DNA of 55,357 bases from Prorocentrum cordatum (GCA_963575745.1 CAUYUJ010000165.1:62001-117357); one strand, 5' to 3'. Shown: positions 38,860-51,108, counted from the stretch's first letter. Program-made: numbers and translations. Notes: generated from the letters alone by a model not told the origin.

Positions 38860-40053
38860 TCAAAGACACCACCGCACCAGGTCACTCTTCTGTAGGTTGT
38901 ACTTCTGCAGCGCGGACGTGTCCCACCAGATCGTCGCTGGAGCCGCTCCCGCCGCCGCTTCGATGGGAAGGATCCTGTCCCAGCCGATGGAGAGGGCGCC
39001 GCGGTCCCGATCGCTGTAGAGACGGAGGTTGGTCCGGGCGTCAGCAATGGCCGACCGACAGCGGCGGAGCAGCATCTCGGTCCGAATCTGGCGTGGGTTC
39101 TTGTCGGGCCCCAAGTGCATCCGCGCACGAGCAGCGCCTGGGACATCCACATAGAACTCCTTCCACACACCACCCACACGAAGACGAGACAAAACGCGCG
39201 GCACCTTGCGCGAGGCCACGGCGACGAGGCCGTGGAACTTGAGCAGGAACTTCTTGCAGGGCGCCTGCCCCGCCGGTGCAATCTCATACTGGTCATCGGG
39301 GAAGCCAAGCTCCGCCAGCTATTCGGAGAGAGCAGCGCAGACAGGCGGACTGCATGGTGGTGGCGTTCTGGCACATAATGACCACCACCGTGGAGTCGAT
39401 ATCCCCTCTCGAAGCCCTGGCTGACCGCCAGCGGCTCGCGCGAGCGGGACTCGGCAAGAGCGAGCTGCTCACGGAGCTCACGCACCTGCTTCTTGAGCTC
39501 GCCAACGTCACCCTCCACCGACGTGGGACGCCCACCATGGTCCTGCAACGTGCCCGTACGCACACCAAGCTGCTCCTGCAACCGACGAGAGGCATCATCC
39601 ACACTACGCCGAACCACCCTGATAATCTCTGCTGGTCGAGCTTGGCGGGCTGGCTGGCGAGCTCGGCTCGCAACTGGCGAGCATCTCGCCGTTAGCCGAG
39701 GCGACGTGGTCGGAGACGCAAGCCTCAACAGAGTTCGCCAATTCCTCCTTGACATCCTCCAAGAGGGTCGGGAAGAGGTCCATGCATACGTGGCGTACGT
39801 AGTCGTCGGACATGTACGCATCATCACCCTCCTGATCTCCTGCGTCGGCAGCAGCAGCAGCAGCAGCACGCTTGCGAGGGACGAACTCGCCGAAGCCGCC
39901 AAGCTGAGGACCGCCAGCAGGAGCTGAACCGCGACCACCCTTGCCCGCGCCCTGGGAGGGCGCAAACGCGGCATCCTGCGAGGCGAACGTGGGGCAGACA
40001 TCGATCGCGGCAGCGTCCTGGGACAACAGCTGGTGGCCAGAGGCAGCCGCCAT
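38860..40053 (-). pseudogene. LINE-A ORF1 (frameshifted)
   Basis: Lies between SL and endonuclease; heptad-like VEGDVGELKKQVRELREQLALAES; C-terminal segment GPDKNPRQIRTE...ALSIGW. Confidence 0.65.
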
Positions 40054-40216
40054 GCCGCGGGATGTGGGAGCGTTCGGACCGACAGGAACGGGAAACGCCT
40101 CCGTTTACCCACCGTCCCGAGCGCAGGGAGAGTGAGTGATAAAAGCTGCCAGACTTCAAAAAGTCCTGCCTGCCGCGGACTAGCGGTATCCACTTCGGCC
40201 CCAGGGGAACTCGCAT

Positions 40217-40238
40217 CTTGAGCCAAAATGGCTACGGA
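40217..40238 (-). other. Perfect 22-nt dinoflagellate spliced leader exon (DinoSL)
   Basis: Plus strand CTTGAGCCAAAATGGCTACGGA = reverse complement of TCCGTAGCCATTTTGGCTCAAG; followed by ATGCG, not the GT intron of an SL RNA gene. Confidence 0.97.
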
Positions 40239-40814
40239 AGGAGAAAGAGGAGGATAAGGAGGAGGAGGAGGAGGAGGAGGAGGAGGAGGAGGAGGACGAG
40301 GACGAGGAGGAGGAGGAGGAGGAGGAGGACGAGGAGGAGGAGGAGGAGAAGGACGAGGAGGAGGAGGAGGAGGAGGGTCGCCTGCGACGTTCCACGTTGA
40401 ACGCCGGCGCTGAGGTCGCCGCCGGTCGACCCGGCGAGGACCCGCCGCCCTTTCTCGGAGGCCCTGCCGCGGAGTCCTCGGGTCGGCCAAGGGCCCCGCT
40501 GGCGGCGCCCTCCGCGCGGGAAGCCCGGAGCAAGTACGGCAAGTCCGCGTCGCGTCGACCGGCGAGGACCCTCCTCCTCCTCCTCCTCCTCCTCCTCCTC
40601 CTCCTCCTCCTCTCCTCCTCCTCCTCCTCCTCCTCCTCCTCCTCCTCCTCCTCCCTCCTCCTCCTCCTCCCCCCCTCCTCCTCCTCCTCCTCCGCCTCAT
40701 CCTCCCCCACCTCCTCCTCCATCTCCTCCTCATCATCCTCCTTTTACTCCTTCTGCCCTCCCCCTCCCGCCCCTTCCTGAAGCTTGAGGGGGGCCTTGTC
40801 TGCGGATGGATGTA

Positions 40815-40954
40815 GGGCAGCGAAGGATGGCACAAACAGAAAAAGTCAAAGGTCCGCACGGACTTCTCGGATCGCCGCCAGGGGGCCCCAGCGCCGATCT
40901 GAGAGATCTGCGCGGACCTCCGAGCTGTTATCTTTATGTCATCCTTCGTTCCCC
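40815..40954. mobile_element. Short MITE-like element with ~27-bp imperfect TIRs
   Basis: GGGCAGCGAAGGATGGCACAAACAGA vs TATCTTTATGTCATCCTTCGTTCCC. Confidence 0.55.
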
Positions 40955-41139
40955 CGGAATCAGGCCAAACAGCCCAGGTTCATTATCCCTCATGCGAAGA
41001 CGGGGACCGAAGTGAGGCCACGTCCTCATCGTGTCATCTTGTTCGGGGGTTCTTTTGCTGTCGATCCTGGTTCTTGCCTCCGCTCGGCCTGTGGCTGCGA
41101 GGGCGCGCCAATCGGCCCGCACAAGAAGCTTCCAAACGA

Positions 41140-41861
41140 TCCCTCCTCCTCAAGCGTCCTCCTTCTCGGAATCCTCCAACTCCTCCAAATCATCAAAATC
41201 CTCCTCCTCCTCCTACTGCTCCTCCTCCTCGCCTTCCTCCCAATACGGCCTCCTGCTACTCCCTCCTCCCCATCTGTTCAGTCCAAGATGGCTCCTCCTA
41301 CTCCTGCTCAGTCTCGCACCTTTCCTCCTCCTCCTCCTCTTGCACCTCCTCGTCTTCCTCCTACTCCTCCTGCTCACACTCCTCCTCCTCCTCCTCCTTC
41401 ACCTCATCATCCTCCTCCTCCTCCTCCTCATCATCATCATCATCACCACCCTCCTCTCAGCACCATCATCATCAGCAGCATCCTCCTCCTCCTTATCAGC
41501 ATCATCACTACCAGCATAATCACAAGCATCGTCATCATCATCACTATCAGCATCATCATCATGTTCATCATCACTATTAGCATCATCATCATCAGCATCA
41601 CCATCAGCAACAGCACCACCATCATCAGATGCATCGGCCTCATCATCAGCAGCAGCAGCATCCTCATCACCACCATCATCACCAGCAGGAGCATAATCAT
41701 CACCATCAGCATCACCACCACCACCATCATTATCATCAGCATGGTCATCAGTATCAGCAGCAGCATCGTCGTCAGCATCAGCAGCATCATCAACATCATC
41801 GTTACCAACATTGTCAGCATACCAGCATCAACCGTAGAATCATCATCATCATCATCATCAG

Positions 41862-41924
<63 letters not shown>

Positions 41925-42125
41925 CATCATCATCATCACCACTATCAGCATCATCATCATCGCGATCACCATCACCATCACCATCACCACCACCAGCATT
42001 ATCATCATCAGCATCGTTGTCGCCATCATCATCAGCATCATCATCAGCATCATCGTCAGCAACATCATCATCATCATGGGCAGCATCAGCATCAGTACCA
42101 TCAGCATCATCATCAACATCATTAC

Positions 42126-42181
<56 letters not shown>

Positions 42182-42206
42182 GCATCATAATCAGCATCAT
42201 CATCAG

Positions 42207-42276
<70 letters not shown>

Positions 42277-42300
42277 GCCATTGTCATCGTCGTCGAAGTC
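41140..42300. repeat. (CCT)n grading into a long degenerate (CAT)n microsatellite
   Basis: Direct inspection. Confidence 0.95.
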
Positions 42301-42505
42301 ATTATGATTCCCCACGGTTGGTTGGCAGGGCCAGCTCTTGACTCGGCCCCCAGAAAAAGGGGGTCGGCACAATGAACTCTGCCGACGCCGACTTCTGAGA
42401 ACGAACGAACTCTCTGAGCCTGTGGACCCTCATGCCCCCTGGGTCAGCGCCGCGGCCGCCGACAAAGCCCCGTGGCCGAGCCTGACCCGGCCTCCTCCTT
42501 CGCAC

Positions 42506-42662
42506 CTCTGGAGGTAGGAAAAGGGATGCGACATAGAGGGGTATGGGGTGCCACTCGTGGAAGTGGCAGGGGCTGTCTGCGATAGATCACCTCGCCAGAG
42601 TCCCCTTGACATGAAGTTAACACCACACCCCTCTATACCCTACCCCTTCCCCACCTCCAGAG
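42506..42662. mobile_element. Short MITE-like inverted-repeat element
   Basis: CTCTGGAGGTAGGAAAAGGG...ATAGAGGGG vs CCCCTCTAT...CCCTTCCCCACCTCCAGAG. Confidence 0.5.
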
Positions 42663-43228
42663 CACCGCTCCACCTCCTCCTCCTCCTCCTCCTCCTCCTC
42701 CTCCTCCTCCTCCTCCTCCTCCTCCTCCTCCTCCTCCTCCTCCTCCTCCTCCTCCTCCTCCTCCTCCCCCCCTGCGCGCCGCCGATGCCCAGACCTCCGC
42801 TGCCCCGGCCTGCTCGCTGCGCGGGCCCGTCGTGGCTTGGGGGGTTCGCAGGGCACCCGGCCCGTGGCGACGAGGGGCCTCCACCGAGGCCGCGTGCTCG
42901 AATGATGTGCACAGCAACTTCATGCCGGTGCACATACTGAAAATGGGCGTCCTCTGTTGCTTATCTTTCCTCCTCCCCGCTAGTCTCCTCGAGCTCCACC
43001 AGGCCAAAAAAGGCCCCCACAGAAGCCACGAGACGTCCAACACCATGGGCCCTCGGACCTCGCGGCTTTCGGGCAGCGGCTCAGGCCTCCGGCGGCCCGA
43101 GGGCGCTCTCGGCGGGGCGCAGCTGCTGGCAGGCAGCCCGAGGCGAGGAGGCCGACGAGAACCAACGGAAGCTGCTGAACAACTCCGACGCCCTCCCCCT
43201 CCTCCTCCCCCTCCTCCTCCTCCTCCTC

Positions 43229-43259
<31 letters not shown>

Positions 43260-44177
43260 TCCTCCTCCTCCTCCTCCTCCTCCTCCCCCTCCTCCCTCCT
43301 CCTGGTTCCTGGAGCGGAGACGTGACGACGGGGGGGGGGGGAGGGACTGGCTCACGGGGGGGGAGCACCGCTGGAAGCGGTGACGCACCGATGACAGATC
43401 GGCGATAGGCCGCCGATGGCTAGCCAGCACGCTGCTGGGTGGGACGGGGTATCGTGCACCTCCCAGCGCTGTGTGGGCGAACGGGGGTCGATACCGCTCC
43501 CCCTGATCCTGATCCGCCCCTAATGCTGCCCGTGATTCGGGGCACCCGAAGAGGGTACGGAATAATTAGCACGCTGTCCAACAACAAGTGTTGTCCAAAG
43601 CCGACAGCAGCCGCTGTTGGGCAGGAGGCCATATTCCTCAAATGGACCACGTCCGCTGCGACACCGGCAACGAACTCTGTCCCGAACGAACAATAAAGGC
43701 TGCCGGCTTTCGTACCTATCTGTCCCTGCTCATGTCGATCGAACCGATGGATCCTCGATCGGGGATACACTGACCCGGGTCAATACAAAACCTGGCCAGT
43801 CAGGCTCTGCAGGATCCTGCAAGATCCTGCAGGATCCCGCGGGATCCTGCACGCAGGCCCTGGTCAGTGCACCCCTGGCCCCGCAGGATTCTACAAGAAC
43901 CGGCGCTCCGGCCGACCCCCGTCTGCATTGCTCCCGAATTGAGCAGGGACTGACCGTCCCGGCATTCCTAGGCCTACCACGACATGTTCTTAGAACCCAA
44001 ACATGTTCTACGAACCAAAACAAGTTTCTTAGAACAGAAGCCCGATGTGATAAAAACAAGACAGACTCCGCCAGAAATGCTCTAAGAACAGCTCGTGGGA
44101 ACCGCAAGAGGTTCTCAGAACCTTCTTTGGTGGGGCTATATAGGCGAGCCAGGACGCTTCGCCACTGCTTGACCCCA

Positions 44178-44350
44178 TAAAACGACGCGAAGATCGGGAC
44201 AAAATCGGATCGGGATAACTCGAAATCTCTGAGAATCGGCGGGTTTGGAGGATGCATTGGGCGCCGCGGCCGCTCCAGAGCGTTCCGGAACGCTCTGAGA
44301 GCGATCCGGAACGCTCTGGAGCGATTTATCCCGATCCTAGCCCTGTTTTA
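44178..44350 (+). mobile_element. 173-bp MITE-like element, copy 2
   Basis: Perfect 5-bp TSD CCCCA (44173-44177, 44351-44355); near-identical to 16614-16786. Confidence 0.9.
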
Positions 44351-45026
44351 CCCCAGCCCCCGACTCGACTCGAGCCTCGACCCGCGACGCCGGCCCAGGG
44401 GGGTCCGCGCGGCCTCGTGAGCGGCGCCTGGTAGCCCACCTGGCGGCCAGAGAGGCGCCCCGCTCCCCGGCCGCCGCGGCGCTCGCGGGGCCCGCGATAG
44501 GGCGCGCGCGCGGCGGCGGGCCTGTGCGCGCGGCGGCCATGGGGCGCGCGAGGACATGCTGGTCCTGTGCGCGCGTCCTCCTTGGAGGCGTGCGCCCGAC
44601 CCGAACATAGAATCCAACCATGCTTCCCCCAACCCTCCCTTGGTTTAACCAGCCTCGAACGTATCACTATCCCAAAGATGGGAGAGCAAAAAGCGAGGAC
44701 AATCTTAAGGATAGGCCCTCAAAAACTGAGGGAATCCTTAAGATCGGCATCGAGGTGAGGTGATGTCAAACATAAGGATAGGGATATGCTCCAGGCTGGT
44801 AATGGTTGGATTCTCGTGACGAATATATCAGTGGGGTGCCTGCTCTCTTCTCCTCCTGGCCCTCCCGCCCTCTGTCCCCCACTCGCCTGCCTGCGCCTGT
44901 CTACGCCTGCCTGCTGGGGTAGCCAAGTATGTCCCCCCTCTCGCCTGCCTGCTTGTCGGGCACTGTCCCCACTGTTCCCCACAATTGTTCCCACCACTGT
45001 CCCCATTGTCCCCACCATTGTTCCCA

Positions 45027-45450
45027 CCAGCGCTGCAGCGGGAACACGATTCGGAACGAGCGGAAGCACGGAAATGAGGCACGCGCCGCAGCGGGAACGC
45101 GATTCGGAGGATGCGCAGCCTGACATAGCATGGCGTGGCGAAGCCCCGAAGTGGGGGGGGGGGCTTCTGCGGCCCCACAAAATACACGAATCGGCACCGA
45201 ATGTGGAATCGCTTACGATGGTTGCTTCGGGGGGTAATTTTTCATATTTTGGGGCCGAGTTGGAAGGACCGAAAACCGGGCCGTGGCATGGCGCTGGAAA
45301 TAATAACGCCAGCGCTGCAGCGGGAGCACGATCCGAAACGAGCGGAAGCGCGGAAATGAGGCCAGCGCTGCAGCGGGAGCACGATTCGGAACGAGGGGAA
45401 GCGCGGAAATGACGCCAGCGCTGCAGCGGGAGCACGATTCGGAACGAGCG
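45027..45450. repeat. ~53-bp minisatellite (2 + 3 units)
   Basis: CCAGCGCTGCAGCGGGAGCACGATTCGGAACGAGCGGAAGCGCGGAAATGA repeated. Confidence 0.85.
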
Positions 45451-46627
45451 GTAGCCCGAACAGGAGCCCGATAAACTCAAGCGAAAGCCCAGCTCCCAGG
45501 ATTCCTGTGTAAGGAACCAGTACGCGGAGAGGTACCGGACATTTCCCGGACGTCACCTAGGGGAGAGAAGAATTGTATTCATATTGAATACTTGACGATG
45601 AGGAAGAGGAGGAAGAGGAGGAGGAGGGGGAGGAGGAGGAGGAAGAGGACGAGGAGGAGGGGGAGGAGGAGGAGAAGGAGGATTAGAGGGAGGAAAAGGA
45701 GGAGGAGGAGGAGGAGGAGGAGGAGAGAGGAGGAGGAGGAGGAAGGAGGAGGAGGAGGAGGAGAAGAGGAGAGGAGGAGGAGGAGGAGGAGGAGGAGGAG
45801 GAGGAGGAGGAGTTGGAGAAGGAGAAAGAAGATTAGGAGGAGGAGGAGGAGGAGCAGGAGGAGGAGGGGGAGGATAAGGAGGAGGCGGAGCAAGCAAGCA
45901 AGCAAGACCTTGGCAGCTGGTTTCTCTCGCTGCGCGGCTCACCTCTTAGGGGTAAGGCCTGTAGCCATGACGGTAGCTGCTGGTAAACTCGATGCGCATC
46001 TCGAGCACGCCTGCGGGACTTCATAGCCCATCGCGGACCTTCAAAGCCCAAGTTAGCACGAAGGCGCACCACACTTCATTCAACTCGCTGTGGGTTGAGG
46101 CTTAGAGCGCTTGGGCCCATCACCTCAACCTCAGGGCTGACGGGTGCGGGGGGAGGCCCCAAGGAACTCGGGGCCGTCGAGAGCGAAAACAATGCATCGA
46201 TCCCGTCGGACCGCTAGAAAAGTAGCTGCGTGTGCGCCTTCGTGTGTCTAGGTCGTCCGTCCACACTCCACCCCTCCCCTCGCTCCGCTCACCCCCCCCC
46301 CCCCCCCCCCCCCCCCCCCCACACACGACCCTGTCAGCAACTATCCAGCAAGAAAAGGGCAGCATGTGATTTACCTCTCGGTCTGCCCATCTCGCCCAGG
46401 AAACGGCCCCGAGGCAGAGAGGACATAAAAGAAAACAACACGAACCGAACGCTCAAACAGCGTCCAGCGCAGGGGGCTCAAGATGCCCTCACCTCTCATC
46501 GTCAAGCTCGAGAAGGCGTGGCAATCATCGGAAGCCGTCTCTTCGCCTCATCCCCCCTGTCTCTTGAGATCTCGGAGCAATTGACGAGCTCGTTCGCTGC
46601 CTGCATGAGCCATGTGTCGTAAGCCGT

Positions 46628-47393
46628 CTAAATCGATTGTTCCTGCACCGCTGCCTGAACCGCTCGCTCCAGTGCTCCTCGTGGTGGGCCCCCTATCTTC
46701 ACGATGCCGCCGCTGGCGACCAGCCCCTTGATGATGTGCAACCGAATCTCGGCGATCGTGGCGTTGGGCATCTCCGACTGGTCGCCTGTCTTCTCCTTGT
46801 ACCTCTGAATCAGCTGGGGCCTGTGAAACGGGCTGATGGCAACCGGGCTCAGCATGACGTGCAGCTTGGCTTGGTCTGCCTTCTGGTTGTCCTCGTCGTG
46901 CGTCTTCTTGATGCGGAAGTAGCGCGCCAGGTCGTTCAGCTCCTCGCGGCCCATCGCCGTCATTAATTTTGCGAATGGCTCGAGGATCCCCTTGGTATCG
47001 TCTGGCAAGACCTGCGTCTTCGCGAGCATGGGAACAGCGCACCCGAAGATGCGTAGATGCGGTGGTCCCAGGTCTTTGCGCTTCTCCTCGGTACTCAGTC
47101 GGTGATATTCTTGGCCCATCCTCACGCCCTCTGTCGCCACCTGGTGGGTCATCGGGATGATGAGGCAGTCCCAAAGCGCCCCCATCAGAATGCGCAGCGT
47201 CTGCGTGTTGTTGAGCGTCAGCTTCTGTAGCGTGAACATCCGCCCGTGAATCGTCGCATCCGCATCTTCGTCTGGGCCAGCTCCAGCCCCCTTGCCTCGG
47301 GCCCGTTTGAGCTGCCGCCCCCCGCACCGCTGCACGCCGGGTGCGGGCCACTCCTGCCGCCCCTTGCGCTGGTCGGCCTATCATCCACGACAT
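46628..47393 (-). pseudogene. Unknown ~250-aa ORF downstream of the LINE-B RT (probable frameshift near the N-terminus)
   Basis: Open for 235 codons (46628..47335) with protein-like composition: KLTLNNTQTLRILMGALWD...LGPPHLRIF...RYFRIKKT...GGPPRGALERAVQ; candidate ATG at 47393 in another frame. Confidence 0.6.
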
Positions 47394-50300
47394 GTGCAGG
47401 CGGCCCTGCTGCGTGCTGCTTGACGTGATCAAGATGTGAGGGAAGCTCTGAGGTGTTGTGGCTGTACAGTGCGCACTGATAGTTCGCTGCCTCTGTCGGC
47501 ACAAACTCGAACGAAACGGCTCTGGTCGGACATAGCATGGGGCTCGCTCGTGACATGGCCCAAACGTGCCTCACGCAACTCGCCCTGGATGCACAGACCT
47601 TTCGACACCACGGGCGCACGTTCGTCGTCGTCAACATAGAGTAAAGCTCCCTCATTTTGCGCGTCTTGTTCAGGTGGCCCGTCAGGGCCCTCATCGTCGT
47701 GAGCACGCTCCCGCAAACATCCCCTTCCGGTGTTTCATGCGTGCACACGTGCTCGTGCACGCCCTCCTCCCCCTCCATATGCTCGATCCCCTCGTAGGTT
47801 CCCTCCTTCTCCTCCGTCTCGTAGTGCCTGTTAAACACATGTCTGATATGTTCAGGACGTTTCCCATAGAACACCTTTCGAAATTCTTCTTTTGTGAAGA
47901 AATCTTAAAGCCCCTCTCTCGAGTTCCATGCCTGTGCAACCTGAGAAGCTGGGTCGATCTTCGCGAAAATCTCAAGGTCGCTGTGAACCTGCTTGGCCCA
48001 GGGGGTGCTAGACTCGTTGAGGTCTCCTGCTGGCCCCGCGCGTGGCCTGTTCACTGCTAGGTCCATCCGAGTGCTTCCGAAGATGCCCGCCAGGACCTGG
48101 GAGTTCTTCTGGGGGTACCGAGACATTTTTTGATACCACCTGATCCTCTGAATTCTGAGCTCCACAGCGACTCGCGACAGCTTGTGGCGCGCGAACACCT
48201 GCGCATGCCTCTCGCCTCGAACCTTGCCATATATCTCGACTGTCGCCCCTCGGCTGAGCACGCGCAAGTATCTGATGAATACCACGTCGAGCTTGCCTGC
48301 GAAGCTGCGTGGAAACACAAACCTTACGAGCCCTGACAGACCCGCGCTCTGCACATGTGCAATGAAAAGAAGCCGTAGCATGCGAGGTGGCAATGGTTCT
48401 GACCAAATCTTCCCCATCGATCTCCACCCCGCCCTCGCTGCCCTAATGCGTCCTCGGAGCTCGGCACGCAGGCAGCCGTCGAAGGTGAGCGTAGGTCCTA
48501 ATACACGTGCTTCTCGAACTATGCTGCCTACGACCGTTCTAAAAGCTGCCAATGTTTTCACTGCTGCAAGTGACCCTTTCCCGATGACATTCGTGATGTG
48601 ATTTGTTTTGTTGTCGTTCAACGTGTGCCCCGTCTCCCCGGTGCATGTGCTCAGCTTGCTTGTTGCGGCGTTTTGCTGCAACTCCATGGCGCTCGGTGAT
48701 GCGTCGTGTGCATGTGTGTGTACTCTGGATATGTCATCTACATACAGCCCGATCCCTAAGTCCTCCACCTGCTCGACTACTCCCATCCCGTCTTCCTTCT
48801 TCAGCACGCTGTCGCATTGCAGCCACGTGTATGTGTGACCATGCGCAGCTAGTTGCTCGTTCCCTTATTAACTTGCGACGTATATACTGAAATAAAATCC
48901 CCAGCGGCCATTGCATGCCCCATTGTAGTGTCCCTTGCTGGTTTCATGTCTATGTTGCCATCGATCCCGTCCGCGTGCACGACTAGGTTATCGATCGCTT
49001 GCTTAGCCAGCTCGATATTGTGCTCGTAGTGCTGCGCGCAATGTAGTGTCCTCGAGTGCTCCCTGTCAGTGCTAGCGAACGCATTCGCGCCGTCGGAGTT
49101 GCTCGTGATGTGGCTCAGATTCAGGTCCCTACATCACCATGTCGCATTGCTCAATACTAATATAGCTCCCTCTCGTCGTCTTCCTGTTATCCCTCCATGT
49201 GCGAATGCGGGATGCTTTGGCTGGGCCCTGACTCTCTGAGCCAACTGGCCGAACCAACTCATGCTGCAAGAATCGAAACACTGTAATAGTCTCTTTCCCT
49301 TGATACCGAGCTCTCCGTTATCCTTGCTCTGTGCGAACATCTGCGATCGAATGAAACTGAGCGGCACCTCGTCCGCCTCCCTCACCAACGTTATAAACTA
49401 CTGGTAATCGTGAAGAGATGCCTCTGGCGTGATGCCCACTTCCTCCTAGTTGCCTGCCTGGTCTTCTGCGCTGTGGTAGGTCGGGGACAGTAGTTGCAAC
49501 ATCGCCTCTGCGTACACGCCCCACGGTGGAGTAGCTCTCCGCTTGGGGGCCTTCATCAGATATCGTACCTGCCCTTCCAGATCAGCTTTGGCGAGTTGAA
49601 TGGCACGGTCTCGTTCGGGTACCTTTGGGAGAAACTGCGCGTCATCGAACGCGTTGTCCCAGTCTATGATGTCTGCGCTCATGCCTCCCTGCTGCGGTGG
49701 AAGCTGGAGTCCATGTCTCCACTCTGCAACTGTCATGCTCTGGCGCACCGCGAATCTGTACCTCTTCTTAGGTCCTCTCCCTGTCGATGTCAAGCTGTTG
49801 TTAATATTGCGCATCTGCGCCCACTTGTGCTGCTTCCAAACTTCCGCCAAATCGTGTAACAATGCTTGCCGCGTGTCCGCCGTCTGCCGCTTTCTCAGAT
49901 TCTGGAGCGTCCGAGTGATGATGTGCAGTTGCCTCTGGATTCCCTGGAACTGCTCTGGGTTCTTTTCAGCCCCCTCGGCTCGCAGCCGTCCTCTTTGTCT
50001 GATCAGCTCCATGCGCCTCTTCCTATTCGTCTCGTACTCATCAGAAAGGCGTGATCCAGGAGGCAATACTTCTGCTAGGGCTGGACGTACTGCACCTCCT
50101 ATGTGTTCCCACACAGCGTGCACGCTGTTGCTCTGCATGGCGCACTGGTAGACCTCGTCGTCCTCACCCAACTTCTGCGCAACCGCGTCGAAGAACTCCA
50201 TCCTGCGGCACCCCGTGGTCTGCGCGCTCATCAGGCTGTCCCTGTTGGCAGGCGGGGAGTGCGGGTTCACTTTGTATACCTTCTTTGCGATATCAATCTC

Positions 50301-51108
50301 CGCATATACAGGCACATGGTCCTCCAATGTCGCACTCGGTTGAAGTTGGAGCGCTCGCCCCAGCTTGATCAACGTGTTCAACTTCTGTATGCTGGGGACC
50401 ACAGCCGTAGGGCACCTGATGTGATCTATCTTTGATGTCGCGCCTCCCTGAAACTATGTTGGCCCAGTGTTCCAAAAAGCCGAAGCCACGCTCAAGTGCT
50501 GCTCCGTTGCAAACTTCCGAAGCTGCGTCGGTACATGCGTCTCATGTGTTGCCTCCATCGTGCCAATATGTTCGTCCGCGACAGTGCAACATGCACCTAC
50601 AACGTTTCGCACTATTCCAAAATATACAGTTGAAGCCTCCAGCGATGATAGGCAATATGCTGGGACCCTCTTTCCCGACCTTTTGACTAATCCATTGCAA
50701 AATTATGTTTGTTGTCCCCTTAAGTAATTCAGGAGTTGTGCCCTTCGGCGGAAAGTAAACTGGAAATATGCATATTGGCTGTCCATGTACTAGCATCTTG
50801 ACTCTGGCGACTCTACCCGTGATGCCTTGTGACCTCGGGGGGGCTTCAGCTCGCTGTACTCCGCGAACGTACTTGCCCAGAAGAACGGCCAGCCCGCAAG
50901 ACTTGTCCACATACTTTGATGGCCTCCACCCAAATTGAACGACTTTGTGAAACGGCAGCTGGCTCTCCTGCATGTCGTGCTCGATGTCCCTGTGGCGCTG
51001 CGTACTTGTGACTACTATGACATTCACGCTCCGACACTGCACACTGATCTCTTCCAGCCTTGTGTAGTCGGCACTCTGGGCATTGTAGTAGGTTATCTTT
51101 AGCACCAT
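47218..51108 (-). pseudogene. LINE-B ORF: APE endonuclease + RT + C-terminal C2H2-like zinc fingers, disrupted
   Basis: LKITYYNAQS, CGLAVLL, PVYFPP, GGFN, EDHVPV (APE-like); DGANAFAS, LYVDD, RVLGP, RIRAARAGW (RT); CGSVLTTMRALTGH, WCRKVCASRASCVRH, CALYSHNTSELPSHLDHVKQH (Zn-finger-like). Confidence 0.85.

Larger units (their letters stand above)
34091..40238 (-). mobile_element. Apparently full-length, decayed L1/Tx1-like non-LTR retrotransposon (LINE-A) capped by DinoSL
   Basis: Order on minus strand: SL, coiled-coil ORF1, APE endonuclease, RT; bounded by (GAG)n tracts at 33860-34090 and 40239-40377; 3' boundary inferred from the tract. Confidence 0.85.

Noticed and set aside
40150..40238. 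SL RNA gene
   Set aside because: The SL exon is followed by ATG rather than the GT donor of the SL RNA intron and leads into a LINE
41277..41293. SL-like AGCCATCTTGGACTGAA on the minus strand
   Set aside because: Needs a gap plus mismatches, lies in low-complexity DNA, no downstream gene
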